Below are positions 9,370 to 19,565 of a stretch of 64,000 nucleotides of DNA, one piece after another. Below the pieces are notes generated by a model. That model was given only the letters and a program-made list of their open reading frames with translations, did no database searches and had not been told where the DNA came from. This DNA is from an uncultured delta proteobacterium. GTDB lineage: Bacteria > Myxococcota_A > UBA9160 > SZUA-336. The position numbers and the translations under genes are program-made. The number at the start of each line of letters is the position of its first letter. Within the stretch, counting starts at the first letter, position 1. The DNA is taken from assembly GCA_963704165.1 (NCBI GenBank), contig CAVPHD010000005.1:1-64000 (forward strand), given 5' to 3'.

Positions 9370-11277
9370 TTGGCAGCCGTGTTCACCCGACTTCGCCCGC
9401 TGATCTCGTTCTCGCTCGTGGTGCTCGCGCTCTTCGCGCTGACGCGCGTCGCGCTCACCGTGCGCGTGTTCTCCGACGTGGCGTTCTCGCTGCCGATGCT
9501 GGCCCGGGTCTTCGGCGCCGGCATCGGCTTCGATCTCGCCGTGGCGTTGTATGCGAGCGTGCCGTTCGTCTGGCTGATGGTGCTGGTGCCCGAGATGCTC
9601 TGGAAGCTCTGGGGAGTCCGGATCGTGGCTCACGCTGTGGCCATCACCGGGCTCTTCGTATTCTCCTTCGCCGCGGTCGCGGAGTGGATCTTCTGGGGAG
9701 AGTTCTCCGCGCGTCTGAACTTCATCGCCGTCGATTACCTGGTGTACACGCGAGAGGTACTGAACAACGTCTGGGAGTCGTATCCCGTGGTTCCGGTCAC
9801 CGCTCTCGTCTTCGCCGCCGCGGTGATCCTCTGGGCCTGCTTCGTCCGCAGCGCGATCGAGCGCTCGGTGGACTCCCCCATCGGTTGGCCCCTACGCGCG
9901 GCGGTCGGAACGCTCGCGACGGCGACCGCGATCGCCTGCTTCGGCCTCACCCCCGACCGGCCGCCGCGCGTAGATCAGGATCGACTCGCAAACGAGCTCG
10001 CTGCGAACGGTCTCTACAATCTGTTCTCCGCGTTCCGGAACAGCGAGCTCGAGTACGCGCCGTTCTACGTCACCCAGGATTCGTCGGACGTAACACGCGA
10101 GCTCCGCTCGCTGCTGGACGAGCCGCGCACGGAGTTCTCGAGTGACGATCCGATCGGGCTCACGCGAGAGATCACCTCGGCCCGCCCGGAGCGGCGCCTG
10201 AACGTCGTGTTGATCGTGGTCGAGAGCCTGTCGGCGAAATTCCTCGGCACGTTCGGGAACGAGGAGGGGCTGACGCCGAATCTGGACCGGCTCGCGCGAC
10301 AGGGGCTCTTGTTCGCGAACTTGCGCGCGACCGGCACGCGAACCGTACGCGGACTCGAGGCGATCGCGCTTTCGGTTCCGCCGACGCCCGGCTACTCGAT
10401 CGTGAAGCGGCCGCGGAACGCGAACCTGTTCTCGCTCGGCACCGTGTTTCGGGAGCACGCGTACCGGACACGCTTCTTCTACGGCGGTTACTCGTACTTC
10501 GACAACATGGGACCGTTCTTCTCGGGGAATGGCTTCGACGTGATCGACCGTACGGATCTGTCGGGCGACGAAGCGGAGTTCGCCAACGCCTGGGGTGTCG
10601 CGGACGAGTTCGTGTTCAGACGGGTTCTCCGCGAGGCTAGACGCTCACACGAAGCGGGCGAGCACTTCCTGTCGCTGGTGCTGACGACCTCGAATCACAG
10701 GCCGTTCACGTATCCGGACAGCCGAATCGACATTCCCTCCGGTGACGGACGGGCGGGAGCCGTGAAGTACACCGACTGGGCGATCGGGAAGTTCATCGAC
10801 GACGCGCGCAGGGAGGAGTTCTTCGACGACACCGTCTTCGTGATCGTCGCCGATCACTGCGCGAGCAGCGCAGGGGAACTCGACATCCCGGTCGATCAGT
10901 ATCACATCCCCATGCTCATCTACGCGCCGGGTCACATCGCGCCCGGACGGGTCGATCGCCTCGCGAGCTTGATGGACGTCGCTCCCACGCTCCTTGCTCA
11001 GCTCGGCTTCTCGTACCGCAGCCGGTTCTTCGGCCACGACATCCTCGGAGCCGGTCCGCCCGAGGAGCGCGCTCTGCTCGGGACCTACCAGCGACTCGGA
11101 TACCTGAAGCACGGAATGCTCACCGTGCTCTCGCCCGTGAGGCGCGTCGATGTCTATCGCATCGAGACCGACGGCGAGCAGACACCGGTCATGCCGCGCG
11201 CGGCCGGAGACGGCGTCGACGAGGCGATCGCGTACTACCAATCGGCAAGCCAGGCCTTTGCCAGCAAGACGCAGTAG
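9370..11277 (+). CDS. LTA synthase-family (alkaline phosphatase/sulfatase superfamily) membrane phosphotransferase
   Basis: Five N-terminal TMs, EF..RLNFIAVDYL, NVVLIVVESLS, GTRTVRGLEA (Thr nucleophile), TTSNHRPF, YTDWAIG, VADH. Exact start uncertain (TTG 9370 or GTG 9379). Confidence 0.88.
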   Translation: MAAVFTRLRPLISFSLVVLALFALTRVALTVRVFSDVAFSLPMLARVFGAGIGFDLAVALYASVPFVWLMVLVPEMLWKLWGVRIVAHAVAITGLFVFSFAAVAEWIFWGEFSARLNFIAVDYLVYTREVLNNVWESYPVVPVTALVFAAAVILWACFVRSAIERSVDSPIGWPLRAAVGTLATATAIACFGLTPDRPPRVDQDRLANELAANGLYNLFSAFRNSELEYAPFYVTQDSSDVTRELRSLLDEPRTEFSSDDPIGLTREITSARPERRLNVVLIVVESLSAKFLGTFGNEEGLTPNLDRLARQGLLFANLRATGTRTVRGLEAIALSVPPTPGYSIVKRPRNANLFSLGTVFREHAYRTRFFYGGYSYFDNMGPFFSGNGFDVIDRTDLSGDEAEFANAWGVADEFVFRRVLREARRSHEAGEHFLSLVLTTSNHRPFTYPDSRIDIPSGDGRAGAVKYTDWAIGKFIDDARREEFFDDTVFVIVADHCASSAGELDIPVDQYHIPMLIYAPGHIAPGRVDRLASLMDVAPTLLAQLGFSYRSRFFGHDILGAGPPEERALLGTYQRLGYLKHGMLTVLSPVRRVDVYRIETDGEQTPVMPRAAGDGVDEAIAYYQSASQAFASKTQ

Positions 11278-11284
11278 CCGCGCA

Positions 11285-12094
11285 GTGGTCGGCGATGGAA
11301 CTCCGGCACGCGAGAGCGGATGGCGCTTCTACGCGCTCCATGCGGGTGTACCCGCGCTCATCGCGTTCGTGGTGCTCGGCATCTTCGAGACGACCCACGT
11401 CGATCTCCAGATCGAGAACCTGTTCTACGATCCGGTAGCGCGCCGCTTCCCGCATCGCGCGAAGTACTTCTTCGACACGGTGATCCACGACTTCGGAAGG
11501 CTGTCGGTGATCCTGCTCGGCGTGGTACTCGTGGTGCTGGTTCTCTTGTCGTTCCGCCGAGCGTCACTGCGTCCGTGGCGCCGCGGGTTCCTCTACGCCG
11601 CACTGTGTCTGGCGGCCGGGCCGATCGTGGTCGCGCAGATCAAGCACAACACCGTCATCCACTGCCCCAACGACCTCGAGATCTACGGCGGCGATCAGCC
11701 GTACGTGCGCCTCTTCGATCCCGTGCCCGAGGGGATCGACCCCGGGCACTGCTGGCCGGGCGGACACTCGTCGGGGGGGTTCGCGATGATGTCGCTGTAT
11801 TTCGCGTTTCGCCGCAAGCGCCCGCGACTCGCGCTCGCCTGGCTCGGGGGCGGATTCCTCTACGGCTTCGGCCTGGGAATGGGTCGGGTGATTCAGGGCT
11901 CGCACTTCGTTTCGCACAGTCTCTGGGCGGCACTCGTGTGCTGGGTCGTCGCGCTCGTCCTCTACGAGCTGCTCCTGCGAAGGCAGGAGCTTCGGACCCC
12001 TCCGGAGCGCTCGCTCGAAGCTTCGATCAGCTCGACAGCTTGTAGGTCACGATCGCCTGCGCGACTTCCGCACCCTTCGGGTCGCGCACCGTGA
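11285..12094 (+). CDS. PAP2-family membrane phosphatase
   Basis: K......CP, CWPGGHSSGGF, RVIQGSHFVSH. Start placed at GTG 11285 after the upstream stop. Confidence 0.85.
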   Translation: MVGDGTPARESGWRFYALHAGVPALIAFVVLGIFETTHVDLQIENLFYDPVARRFPHRAKYFFDTVIHDFGRLSVILLGVVLVVLVLLSFRRASLRPWRRGFLYAALCLAAGPIVVAQIKHNTVIHCPNDLEIYGGDQPYVRLFDPVPEGIDPGHCWPGGHSSGGFAMMSLYFAFRRKRPRLALAWLGGGFLYGFGLGMGRVIQGSHFVSHSLWAALVCWVVALVLYELLLRRQELRTPPERSLEASISSTACRSRSPARLPHPSGRAP

Positions 12095-12449
12095 CTTCGC
12101 CGTTGCAGATCTCGCGGCCGCGGCGGCGCACACGTGCGTCGGCGATCAGATCGACCCCGCGTCCCGCCGATAGGAACGAGAGCGAGAAGCCGATCGTCGT
12201 GCCGCGCGAGCTCGATGGAAGTCCGGACTTCGCCCAGAACGCCGCGGTCGCGGCCGAGTCGACGAGCCCGGCGATCGCGCCGCCGTGCACCGTGTCGCCG
12301 ATCGTGGTGACGTCGGTGCGATACGGGAGCCGCACCACCACGCGATCCGGTTCGCAGGTCTCGAGCCGGAGCCCGAGGAGCCTTCCGTAGGGCGAGCCGA
12401 CGATCACCTTCTCGACGATCGCGCGCGCGTTCGCATCGAGCTCGCTCAT
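12027..12449 (-). CDS. PaaI-family (hotdog) thioesterase
   Basis: SPYGRLLG, TVHGGAIAGLVDSA, RRRGREI; ATG 12449 overlaps the SSF stop. Confidence 0.88.
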   Translation of the reverse strand: MSELDANARAIVEKVIVGSPYGRLLGLRLETCEPDRVVVRLPYRTDVTTIGDTVHGGAIAGLVDSAATAAFWAKSGLPSSSRGTTIGFSLSFLSAGRGVDLIADARVRRRGREICNGEVTVRDPKGAEVAQAIVTYKLSS

Positions 12450-14371
12450 TCGATCTCTCCCACGGGTGACGGCCGCCCACTCACCGGTGCGGCGATGCGC
12501 AATCCGATCGGGAACAGTAGTGCGCCAGCGATCAGCAGGCATGCAACCCAGAGCGGACGCGACACGAGGTCGAAGGGCACCGGGCTTCGCGCCAGCCAGG
12601 TTCCCGCGCCCGCGAGCAGACAGAAGATCGAGAGCGCGGTCGCGGCCGTCGCGCCCAGGCCGCGGAGCAGCCGGCTCGCGCCGGCTCGCGCGTCCGACTC
12701 GACGTCCGCCGCGACCGGACCCCAGAACCCGGGCGGGCGAACGCGGACGTAGAATGCGCGCAGCCGCGTGGGTGTCTCGGGGCCGAATCCGAGCGACGCT
12801 GCGACGCCGGCGATGCTCGCGCCACCGGCGACCAGGAGCAGGCGGGACGCATCCTGATCGTCGGGTAGCAACGTCAACGCGAGCGGCGCGAGGAAGAGCG
12901 AGGCGGCGATCGCCACGAGTTCGCCGAGCGCCGTCACCCGCCACCAGATCCAGCGAAGCAGCAGCATCACGCCCATGCCAGCGCCGAGCAGGAGACTCAC
13001 CCGCCACGCCGCACCGATCGAGCCGAGCTGGGTCATGATCACGAGCGAGAGAGCGAGGATTCCGATCGTCGATGCGCGCGCGACCCAGACGAGCTCGCGG
13101 GCCGACGCTTTTCGTTCGCCGCGTCGCACGAAGCGCGCGTACAGGTCATGGGTCCAGTACGAGGCGCCCCAGTTCAGGTGCGTGTCCACCGTCGATGCGA
13201 GAGCCGCGAAGAGCGCGGTCAACATCACGCCGAGGGCACCCACGGGAAGCAGCTCGCGGATGCCGCGGACGAAGCTCGCTTCGCGATCCGCGACCAGCGC
13301 ATCGGACGCCAGATCGGACGAGGCCGGAAAGACCACGAGCAGGCCGAGGCCGATCGGGAGCCAGATCAAGCTGCGGATCAGAACCTGCGCGACGGTGAAC
13401 ACGACGGCGGCTTGTCGCGCGTCACGGTCGCTGCGGCAGGCCATCGCGCGTTGGGCGAGGTAGCCGGTACCGTCCGCGTTCATCTGCAGGAGCCACTGCA
13501 GGCCGATCACCGTGAGCAGCGCGGCCCCGGCCTGCGCCGCGTGATCCGGGGTGAATGCGAGTAGCTGCGTCGCGTTCAGCCCGCCCGGTCCACCTGCGCC
13601 GTAGATCTGCGAAAGCTTCGCGTGCATCGCGTCGAGGCCGCCGGCTGCATCGACGACGAAGAAGGCGTAGAGCGCGGTTCCGCCCATCGCCAGCGCGAAC
13701 TGCACGAGATCCGTGCGAACCACGCCGCGCAAGCCGCCCGTCGCGGAGTAGAAGAGGGTGGTCCCGGCGATCGCGAGCACCGAGATCAGATTGTTGGTCG
13801 AGCGTATCCAGAGACCGCCGTCACTGGAGTCCCCGCGCGCGAACGGAACTCCGATGGCCTGCACCACGCGCTCGACGGCGCCGAAGATCGATTCCGGAAG
13901 CCAGCGATCCCAGAACAGGAACGGTTCGGCGATCTCCTTCGCCGCGTAGAGCACCATCGCCAGCACGACACAGTTGAAGACCGTGCCGAAGTAGATGGCC
14001 TTCACGGCGCGGAGAATGGCCGCGGGCCTCCCCCCGTAGCGGAGCTCCGTGAACTCGGCGTCGGTCAGCACGCCCGCGCGCCGCCAACAAGCCGCGAGCA
14101 CCCATCCGACCAGCAGAAACGAGACCGCGTAGATCCACAACCGCCAGAGCGAGAAGATCCCCGCGGTGGCGATCATTCCGGTGACGAGCAGCGGCGTGTC
14201 GGCGGCGAACTGGGTCGCCGCCATGCTGATCCCGGCCTGCCACCCGCGAAGGGTCCGGCCGGCCAGGAAATACTCCTCGAGATCGCGCGAGGCGAGGCTC
14301 CGCGCTCGCAGTCCCGACACGATCGCCCAGAGCGCGAAGGCCGAGAGAATCCCGACATCGATCGGTGTCAC
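12446..14371 (-). CDS. sodium:solute symporter (SSF) family protein
   Basis: EEYFLAGR, SMAATQFAADTPL, GGLRGVVRTD, YLAQRAMAC, ALASTVDTHLNWGASY; GTG 14371 overlaps the OtsAB stop. Confidence 0.9.
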   Translation of the reverse strand: MTPIDVGILSAFALWAIVSGLRARSLASRDLEEYFLAGRTLRGWQAGISMAATQFAADTPLLVTGMIATAGIFSLWRLWIYAVSFLLVGWVLAACWRRAGVLTDAEFTELRYGGRPAAILRAVKAIYFGTVFNCVVLAMVLYAAKEIAEPFLFWDRWLPESIFGAVERVVQAIGVPFARGDSSDGGLWIRSTNNLISVLAIAGTTLFYSATGGLRGVVRTDLVQFALAMGGTALYAFFVVDAAGGLDAMHAKLSQIYGAGGPGGLNATQLLAFTPDHAAQAGAALLTVIGLQWLLQMNADGTGYLAQRAMACRSDRDARQAAVVFTVAQVLIRSLIWLPIGLGLLVVFPASSDLASDALVADREASFVRGIRELLPVGALGVMLTALFAALASTVDTHLNWGASYWTHDLYARFVRRGERKASARELVWVARASTIGILALSLVIMTQLGSIGAAWRVSLLLGAGMGVMLLLRWIWWRVTALGELVAIAASLFLAPLALTLLPDDQDASRLLLVAGGASIAGVAASLGFGPETPTRLRAFYVRVRPPGFWGPVAADVESDARAGASRLLRGLGATAATALSIFCLLAGAGTWLARSPVPFDLVSRPLWVACLLIAGALLFPIGLRIAAPVSGRPSPVGEIE

Positions 14372-16572
14372 CGGGCCGTGCCCGCTCCGAGCCTGCCTGC
14401 GAGCGACTGGAGGAACGCACGCACGGCTGCGACGTCGCGCACGATGAAACGCGCGCGGCTCGCCGAGAGCCCCACGTGAATCGAGATCGCATCCGCGGGC
14501 AGCGCGGCGAACAGGTCTTCGTCGGTTCGGTCGTCGCCGATCGCGAGGACGGCCGTACTGCTCTTCGGGATCGGAAGGGCGTGCTCGAAGACGCGGCCCT
14601 TGTGAACGCCATGGGGTCGGATCTCGACGACGAGATGGCCTTGGATCACCTCGACCGGCACGTTGCTCAGCGTTTCGCTCAGGTGGATTCGGAGCTCCTT
14701 CGCCTGAATCGCGCCGAACTCGCGATCGGCGGCTCGATAGTGCCAGGCGAGCGACGCGCTCTTCTCCTCGATCAGCGATCCCGGCAGCCGCGATGTGAAG
14801 TCGTGCAGGAGCGCGAGCACGCTCTCGCGCCAGGGCAGCACGCCCGCGTATCCCCCCTTCCATTCCTTCGAACCCGCTTCTCGCGACCAAAGACCGTGCT
14901 CGGCATGCAATCCGATCGGGAGATCGGCGAACCAGCGTTCGAGGAACTCGCGCATCCGCCCGCTGACCACGTGCACGGCCGTCGCGGGCCGATGCGCGAG
15001 CGAAGTGAGAAGCTCGAGCAGCTCCGGGTCCGGACGCGCCTCGTCCGGGGTTCGGGCGAACGGCACGAGCGTTCCGTCGTAGTCGAGCAAAAGGACGCGA
15101 GCGGGCGCGGACTCGAGTCGAGCGAGCTGCTCGGCGAGCTCCGCCTCCGTCGTCGCGAGGAAAAGGCCCGTTCGGCCGATCGGACCGACGTCTCCGAGCG
15201 CCTTCATGAAGCTCTTCTCCCAGTGATCCGCGTCGTGGGAGAGAACCCGGGCGCGCAGTGCCCGCATGCGTTCATGCCGTTCCCCGGCGGGAAGCGTGAC
15301 CGCGCGGTGGAATGCCGCGGCCGTAGACTCGATGTCGAAGGGATTCACCGAGATCGCTTCCGAGAGCTCGCTGGCCGCGCCTGCGAACTCACTCAAGACG
15401 AGCACGCCATCCTCGTCGGTGCGAGAAGCTACGAACTCCTTCGCGACCAGGTTCATTCCGTCGCGGACGGGTGTCACGAGCATGACGTCCGCGGCTCGAT
15501 AGAGCGCGATGAGCTCGTCTCGCGAGACGCCGCGGTAGAGCCAGTGCACGGGTACCCAGCTGGCCGTGGCGAACGCCCCGTGGATGCGGCCGATCAGCTC
15601 GTCGGCGGCGCTTCTGGACGTCTGGTACGCGTGGACGTCCTCGCGCGACGGCACACCGACCTGCACGAGTCGCACGTGTCCGCGCAGCTCGGGATGACGC
15701 TCGAGCATGCGCTCGAATGCGAGCAGCCGTCTCGGGATGCCCTTGGTGTAGTCGAGTCGATCGACACCGAGCAGGAGCGTCTCGCCAGCGCTGAGTCGCA
15801 CCTCCTTCGCACGCGCGATCACGTCCGGCCGATCGGCCGTGGCGGCGAACGCGCGCGCGTCGATGCCCATCCCGAACGAGCCGAGCCGGACCTCGCGTCC
15901 GTCCCAGAGCACGCGGTCGATCTCCATCGAGGCGCCGAGCAGGAGGAGCAACGCGGAGGCGAAGTGACGCATGTACGAAACCGTGTGGAAGCCGATCAGG
16001 TCCGCTCCGAGCAGTCCGCGGAGCAGCTCGTCGCGGTGCGGCAGGATCCGGAAGATCTCCGACGACGGAAACGGGATGTGCAGGAAGAAGCCGATCCGCG
16101 AAGTCGGCAGACGCGCGCGAAGCATCTCGGGCACGAGCATCAGCTGGTAGTCGTGAACCCAGATGACGTCTCCGTCTCGATGGTGCTCGGCCGCGGCGTC
16201 GGCGAAGCGCTGATTCACGCGCACGTAGGCGTCCCAGTTCTGGATCTCGAGCGGGAGTTGATAGGGTTGGTAGTGCAGCAGCGGCCAGAGCACGCTGTTG
16301 CAGTAGCCGTCGTAGAATTTCGACACTTCATCTGCCGAGAGCTCGACCGGAATCAGGCGCTGCGAAGCGAGCTGCTCGTGAACTCGGGCGAGATCGGAGC
16401 TGGAGAGCGGGGCCAGCATTCCCGGCCAGCCGATCCAGAGCCCGTTCTCGCGTTCGTGCAGACCGCGGAGTCCGGTAGCGAGCCCTCCGCTGCTCGGTTC
16501 GACGCGCACGGAGTCCGCGCGCGCATCCACGGTCACTGGAAGACGGTTCGAGACGAGAAGCGTGCGGGCCAC
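14368..16572 (-). CDS. otsA: bifunctional trehalose-6-phosphate synthase/phosphatase (OtsA-OtsB fusion)
   Basis: [48 protein letters not shown], then HAD domain LLDYDGTL ... [10 protein letters not shown]. Confidence 0.95.
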   Translation of the reverse strand: MARTLLVSNRLPVTVDARADSVRVEPSSGGLATGLRGLHERENGLWIGWPGMLAPLSSSDLARVHEQLASQRLIPVELSADEVSKFYDGYCNSVLWPLLHYQPYQLPLEIQNWDAYVRVNQRFADAAAEHHRDGDVIWVHDYQLMLVPEMLRARLPTSRIGFFLHIPFPSSEIFRILPHRDELLRGLLGADLIGFHTVSYMRHFASALLLLLGASMEIDRVLWDGREVRLGSFGMGIDARAFAATADRPDVIARAKEVRLSAGETLLLGVDRLDYTKGIPRRLLAFERMLERHPELRGHVRLVQVGVPSREDVHAYQTSRSAADELIGRIHGAFATASWVPVHWLYRGVSRDELIALYRAADVMLVTPVRDGMNLVAKEFVASRTDEDGVLVLSEFAGAASELSEAISVNPFDIESTAAAFHRAVTLPAGERHERMRALRARVLSHDADHWEKSFMKALGDVGPIGRTGLFLATTEAELAEQLARLESAPARVLLLDYDGTLVPFARTPDEARPDPELLELLTSLAHRPATAVHVVSGRMREFLERWFADLPIGLHAEHGLWSREAGSKEWKGGYAGVLPWRESVLALLHDFTSRLPGSLIEEKSASLAWHYRAADREFGAIQAKELRIHLSETLSNVPVEVIQGHLVVEIRPHGVHKGRVFEHALPIPKSSTAVLAIGDDRTDEDLFAALPADAISIHVGLSASRARFIVRDVAAVRAFLQSLAGRLGAGTAR

Positions 16573-16576
16573 GGCG

Positions 16577-18403
16577 CTAGCACCACGCCCGAACGCGCCC
16601 GTCGCGGGCCTGGAGCAGCTCTCCGATCGTCGTTGCGGCGTGGATCACGCCCACGTGCGTGTACGCCTGCGGGAAATTCCCGAGCAGGAGACCGGATTCG
16701 GGGTCGACGTCTTCGGAGAAGAGCCCGACCGGGTTCGCGTACGAGAGAAGCCGCTCGAAGACGGCGATCGCGTCGTCGAGACGGCCCGTCAGCGCGAGCG
16801 CTTCGGCCCACCAGAACGAGCAGATCGTGAAGGCGCTCGTGGTCTCGCCGAAGTCGTCCGGGTTTCGGTAGCGAAGCATCAGTCCGTTCTCGACGAGGCA
16901 CTTTCCGTAGGCATCGACGGTCGACACGAAGCGGGGATCTCGTGGGTCGATGAAGCCGATCGAGGCGAGGAGAAGATTCGAGGCGTCGGGAAACGTTCCA
17001 TCGAGGGCCTGCGTGAAGAAACCCAGCTCCGAATTGTATCCGCGTTCCAGTACGACCTCTCGCTCCGTGCGCGCGAGGGACTCCCAGCGTTCGGCCTCCG
17101 GGATCCGGCCCAGCCGTCGCGCGATCACGGCGCCACGGTGCATCGCCGCCCAGCACATTGCGCGAGAGAAGGTGTAGCTGCGGAGCTGGGTGCGGAATTC
17201 CCAAATGCCCATGTCGGGCTCGCCCGCGGCCGAGATCGCCTGCTCGACGAGCCGACGTACGAGCGCGAAGCTCGCCTGCGGATCGTCCTCGAAGATGCGG
17301 GGATCTCCGAGCACGCTGTCGAGACAGAGGATGATCTCGCCCATCAAATCGTTCTGCCGCTGCTCGTACGCGGCGTTGCCGATGCGCACGTGGCCGTTTC
17401 CGCCGAATCCCGACAGGTGCGGAAGCATCCGCTCGACGAGCTCCCACTCACCTTCGATTCCGTACACCGGCTGAAGTCGCCGCGTTTCCGCGATCCTGCG
17501 CAGGAAGCCGATGAAGCGCTCGCCTTCGACCAGATGTCCCAGGCGACGCAGCGCCTCGACGACGAAAGCGGCGTCGCGGATCCAGCAGTACCGATAGTCC
17601 CAGGTGCGCTCGGTGCCGAACGCCTCGGGAACGCTGGTCGTCGTCGCCGCGATGATCGCGCCGCTGTCCTCGCTCACGTGCAGCTTGAGGCAGAGCGCGG
17701 ACCGCAGCACTGCGGCGGGGGCGAAACTCGGAAGCGAGCACGTCTTCGCCCACGCGCGCCACCCGGCGACGGTTTGTGCGAACGCCTCGTCAATCCCATC
17801 GAGCGAAGCGAGTGACTCGCGCGGACCCCAGGTCAGCGTCACGAAGACGGGAGCGACGAGCTCGAACTCGACCCGCTCCGTCAGGCATTCGCGGGGAAGA
17901 TTCGTCTGCACGTGAATCGGCACTTCCGCGCCCTCGATCACGAGCCCTCCCGGAGTCGGAACGAATCGGGCGGCGGCACGTGCGTAGTCGGGCCTCGGAT
18001 CGAGATCGATCCGCAGCCGCGGAACCCCGCGGAGCGGACGCAGAATTCGAACGAGCTCCAGAGGTGCGATCACGCCGAGGCCCGCCGGAACCCGAGGAGC
18101 GAAGTCGAGGACCTCCCACGCACGATCGCCACGTTCGAAGCGAACGCGTGAGACGTTCGTGTTCGGGAGATAGTCGAGGTCGCCGTGGATCTCGTGGTCA
18201 CCATCGAGGATCCGAAACGCCCCTCCGCTCTCCGCATCGATGAGACGCGCGAAGATCGATGGTGAATCGAAGCGCGGCAGGCAGAGCCACTCGATCGCGC
18301 TCGTCGGTGAGACGAGCGCCAGGATGCGTCCGTTCCCGATGGCGGCGTGATCGAGACGGGGTACCGTCGCACTCGGCTCGGAATCGGATCCTACGGCTCG
18401 CAT
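16577..18403 (-). CDS. glycoside hydrolase family 15 (trehalase/glucoamylase-like)
   Basis: WLCLPRFDSPSIF, AATTTSVPE, WDYRYCWIRDA, GIWEFR, GLFSED, GNFPQAYTH. Confidence 0.93.
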   Translation of the reverse strand: MRAVGSDSEPSATVPRLDHAAIGNGRILALVSPTSAIEWLCLPRFDSPSIFARLIDAESGGAFRILDGDHEIHGDLDYLPNTNVSRVRFERGDRAWEVLDFAPRVPAGLGVIAPLELVRILRPLRGVPRLRIDLDPRPDYARAAARFVPTPGGLVIEGAEVPIHVQTNLPRECLTERVEFELVAPVFVTLTWGPRESLASLDGIDEAFAQTVAGWRAWAKTCSLPSFAPAAVLRSALCLKLHVSEDSGAIIAATTTSVPEAFGTERTWDYRYCWIRDAAFVVEALRRLGHLVEGERFIGFLRRIAETRRLQPVYGIEGEWELVERMLPHLSGFGGNGHVRIGNAAYEQRQNDLMGEIILCLDSVLGDPRIFEDDPQASFALVRRLVEQAISAAGEPDMGIWEFRTQLRSYTFSRAMCWAAMHRGAVIARRLGRIPEAERWESLARTEREVVLERGYNSELGFFTQALDGTFPDASNLLLASIGFIDPRDPRFVSTVDAYGKCLVENGLMLRYRNPDDFGETTSAFTICSFWWAEALALTGRLDDAIAVFERLLSYANPVGLFSEDVDPESGLLLGNFPQAYTHVGVIHAATTIGELLQARDGRVRAWC

Positions 18404-18460
18404 CTGACACCCTCGTTAGCTCTCGAGGACTCGAGACGCAAACCGAATCGTGAGGTCCGT

Positions 18461-19564
18461 CTAACGATCCGCGAGTTCGCGCTGCACCTCGATGGCGTCG
18501 AGTCGCAGGTGTCTCTGGATCTTCTCGCGATCTGCGTCGTCGAGAGCCTGGCCGGCGGCGAGCTTCGAAAGTATCTCGATGTCGTAGAAACGGATTGCGT
18601 TCGAGAGCACGAAGAACTCGTCGATCAGGTCCGGTGTACCCGCGGGCGAGGTGATGTCGCAGATGTTGTCGGATCCGATCCGGACGTGAACTCCGGCCGC
18701 GAGAAGCTCGAGGACGCGCGCGATCGAATTGGACGTCGGTGTGCGCAGGGGCCGAAGCTGCCGCATGCTGAGCGCGGCCGACGGGCAACAGATCACGCCG
18801 ATGTTCTTCGCCGCGAGCCTTGCGGCCAGGTCGTCGAAGCGGGGCTCGTCGTAGGTCGACGGCGAGATCACGTGCAGCAGCCAGACCATCGGCTCACCCG
18901 CCGGATAGGACAGGCCGAGCTCGTCGATGATCGAGAGGATCGTCTCGGTGCCGTGTTCTTCGGGATCGTTCTTCTGATCGACGTGGATGTGGATCTGCTT
19001 GCCGAGCCGGTTCGCGAGCAGCAGCGTGCGGCGGCACGCTTCTTCGTAGCCGATGTGGTCCGGATACATCGCGTGGTCGTCGCGCTCGGGCAGGGCGCCG
19101 ATCAGATCCGCCATCTCGCCGGCGCGCTCGATCAGCGTCCAGCGCTCCGGCTCGGCGTCGGTGAAGCCGAGCGGTGTATAGGCGCCGACGCGCAGGTCCA
19201 GTCGCGCGCGCCGCTCTTCCTTGACCCGCAGGAACTCCTCGAGCGCGGACAGGCCGATCCGGTCGGTCGTGACGTCCACGAGCGTGTCGGCTCGCGTCGT
19301 GCCGGCAGCTTCCATCATGTCGAGGAAGTGATCGAGCCGCTTGCGCACGTTCTCGCGGTCGTACCCGGAGCTCGCGTGGATCAGCGGAATGATCCCATGC
19401 TTCTTCGAGAGCGACAGGTGAGAGATGCCGTCGCTCGACTCCTCGGCGAGGAGGAACTCGGTCTCGTCGAGGGTGCCGGAGCGGCACAGGTGCAGATGCG
19501 CGTTCAACAGTCCGCCGCGCCGCACGACCTCCTGGCGCAGCTTCTGGAAGTACGGGGTTTCCAG
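18461..19564 (-). CDS. cytosine-deaminase-like metal-dependent amidohydrolase
   Basis: NAHLHL, HIHVDQ, LHVIS, CCPSA, GSDNICD. ORF track start is GTG 19525; in-frame CTG 19564 follows GGAGG and abuts the upstream stop. Confidence 0.8.
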   Translation of the reverse strand: METPYFQKLRQEVVRRGGLLNAHLHLCRSGTLDETEFLLAEESSDGISHLSLSKKHGIIPLIHASSGYDRENVRKRLDHFLDMMEAAGTTRADTLVDVTTDRIGLSALEEFLRVKEERRARLDLRVGAYTPLGFTDAEPERWTLIERAGEMADLIGALPERDDHAMYPDHIGYEEACRRTLLLANRLGKQIHIHVDQKNDPEEHGTETILSIIDELGLSYPAGEPMVWLLHVISPSTYDEPRFDDLAARLAAKNIGVICCPSAALSMRQLRPLRTPTSNSIARVLELLAAGVHVRIGSDNICDITSPAGTPDLIDEFFVLSNAIRFYDIEILSKLAAGQALDDADREKIQRHLRLDAIEVQRELADR

Positions 19565-19565
19565 G

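Noticed and set aside
12027..12094. 68-nt convergent overlap of the PAP2 and PaaI genes
   Set aside because: The PAP2 tail is low-information; stop-codon drift in GC-rich DNA is sufficient explanation.
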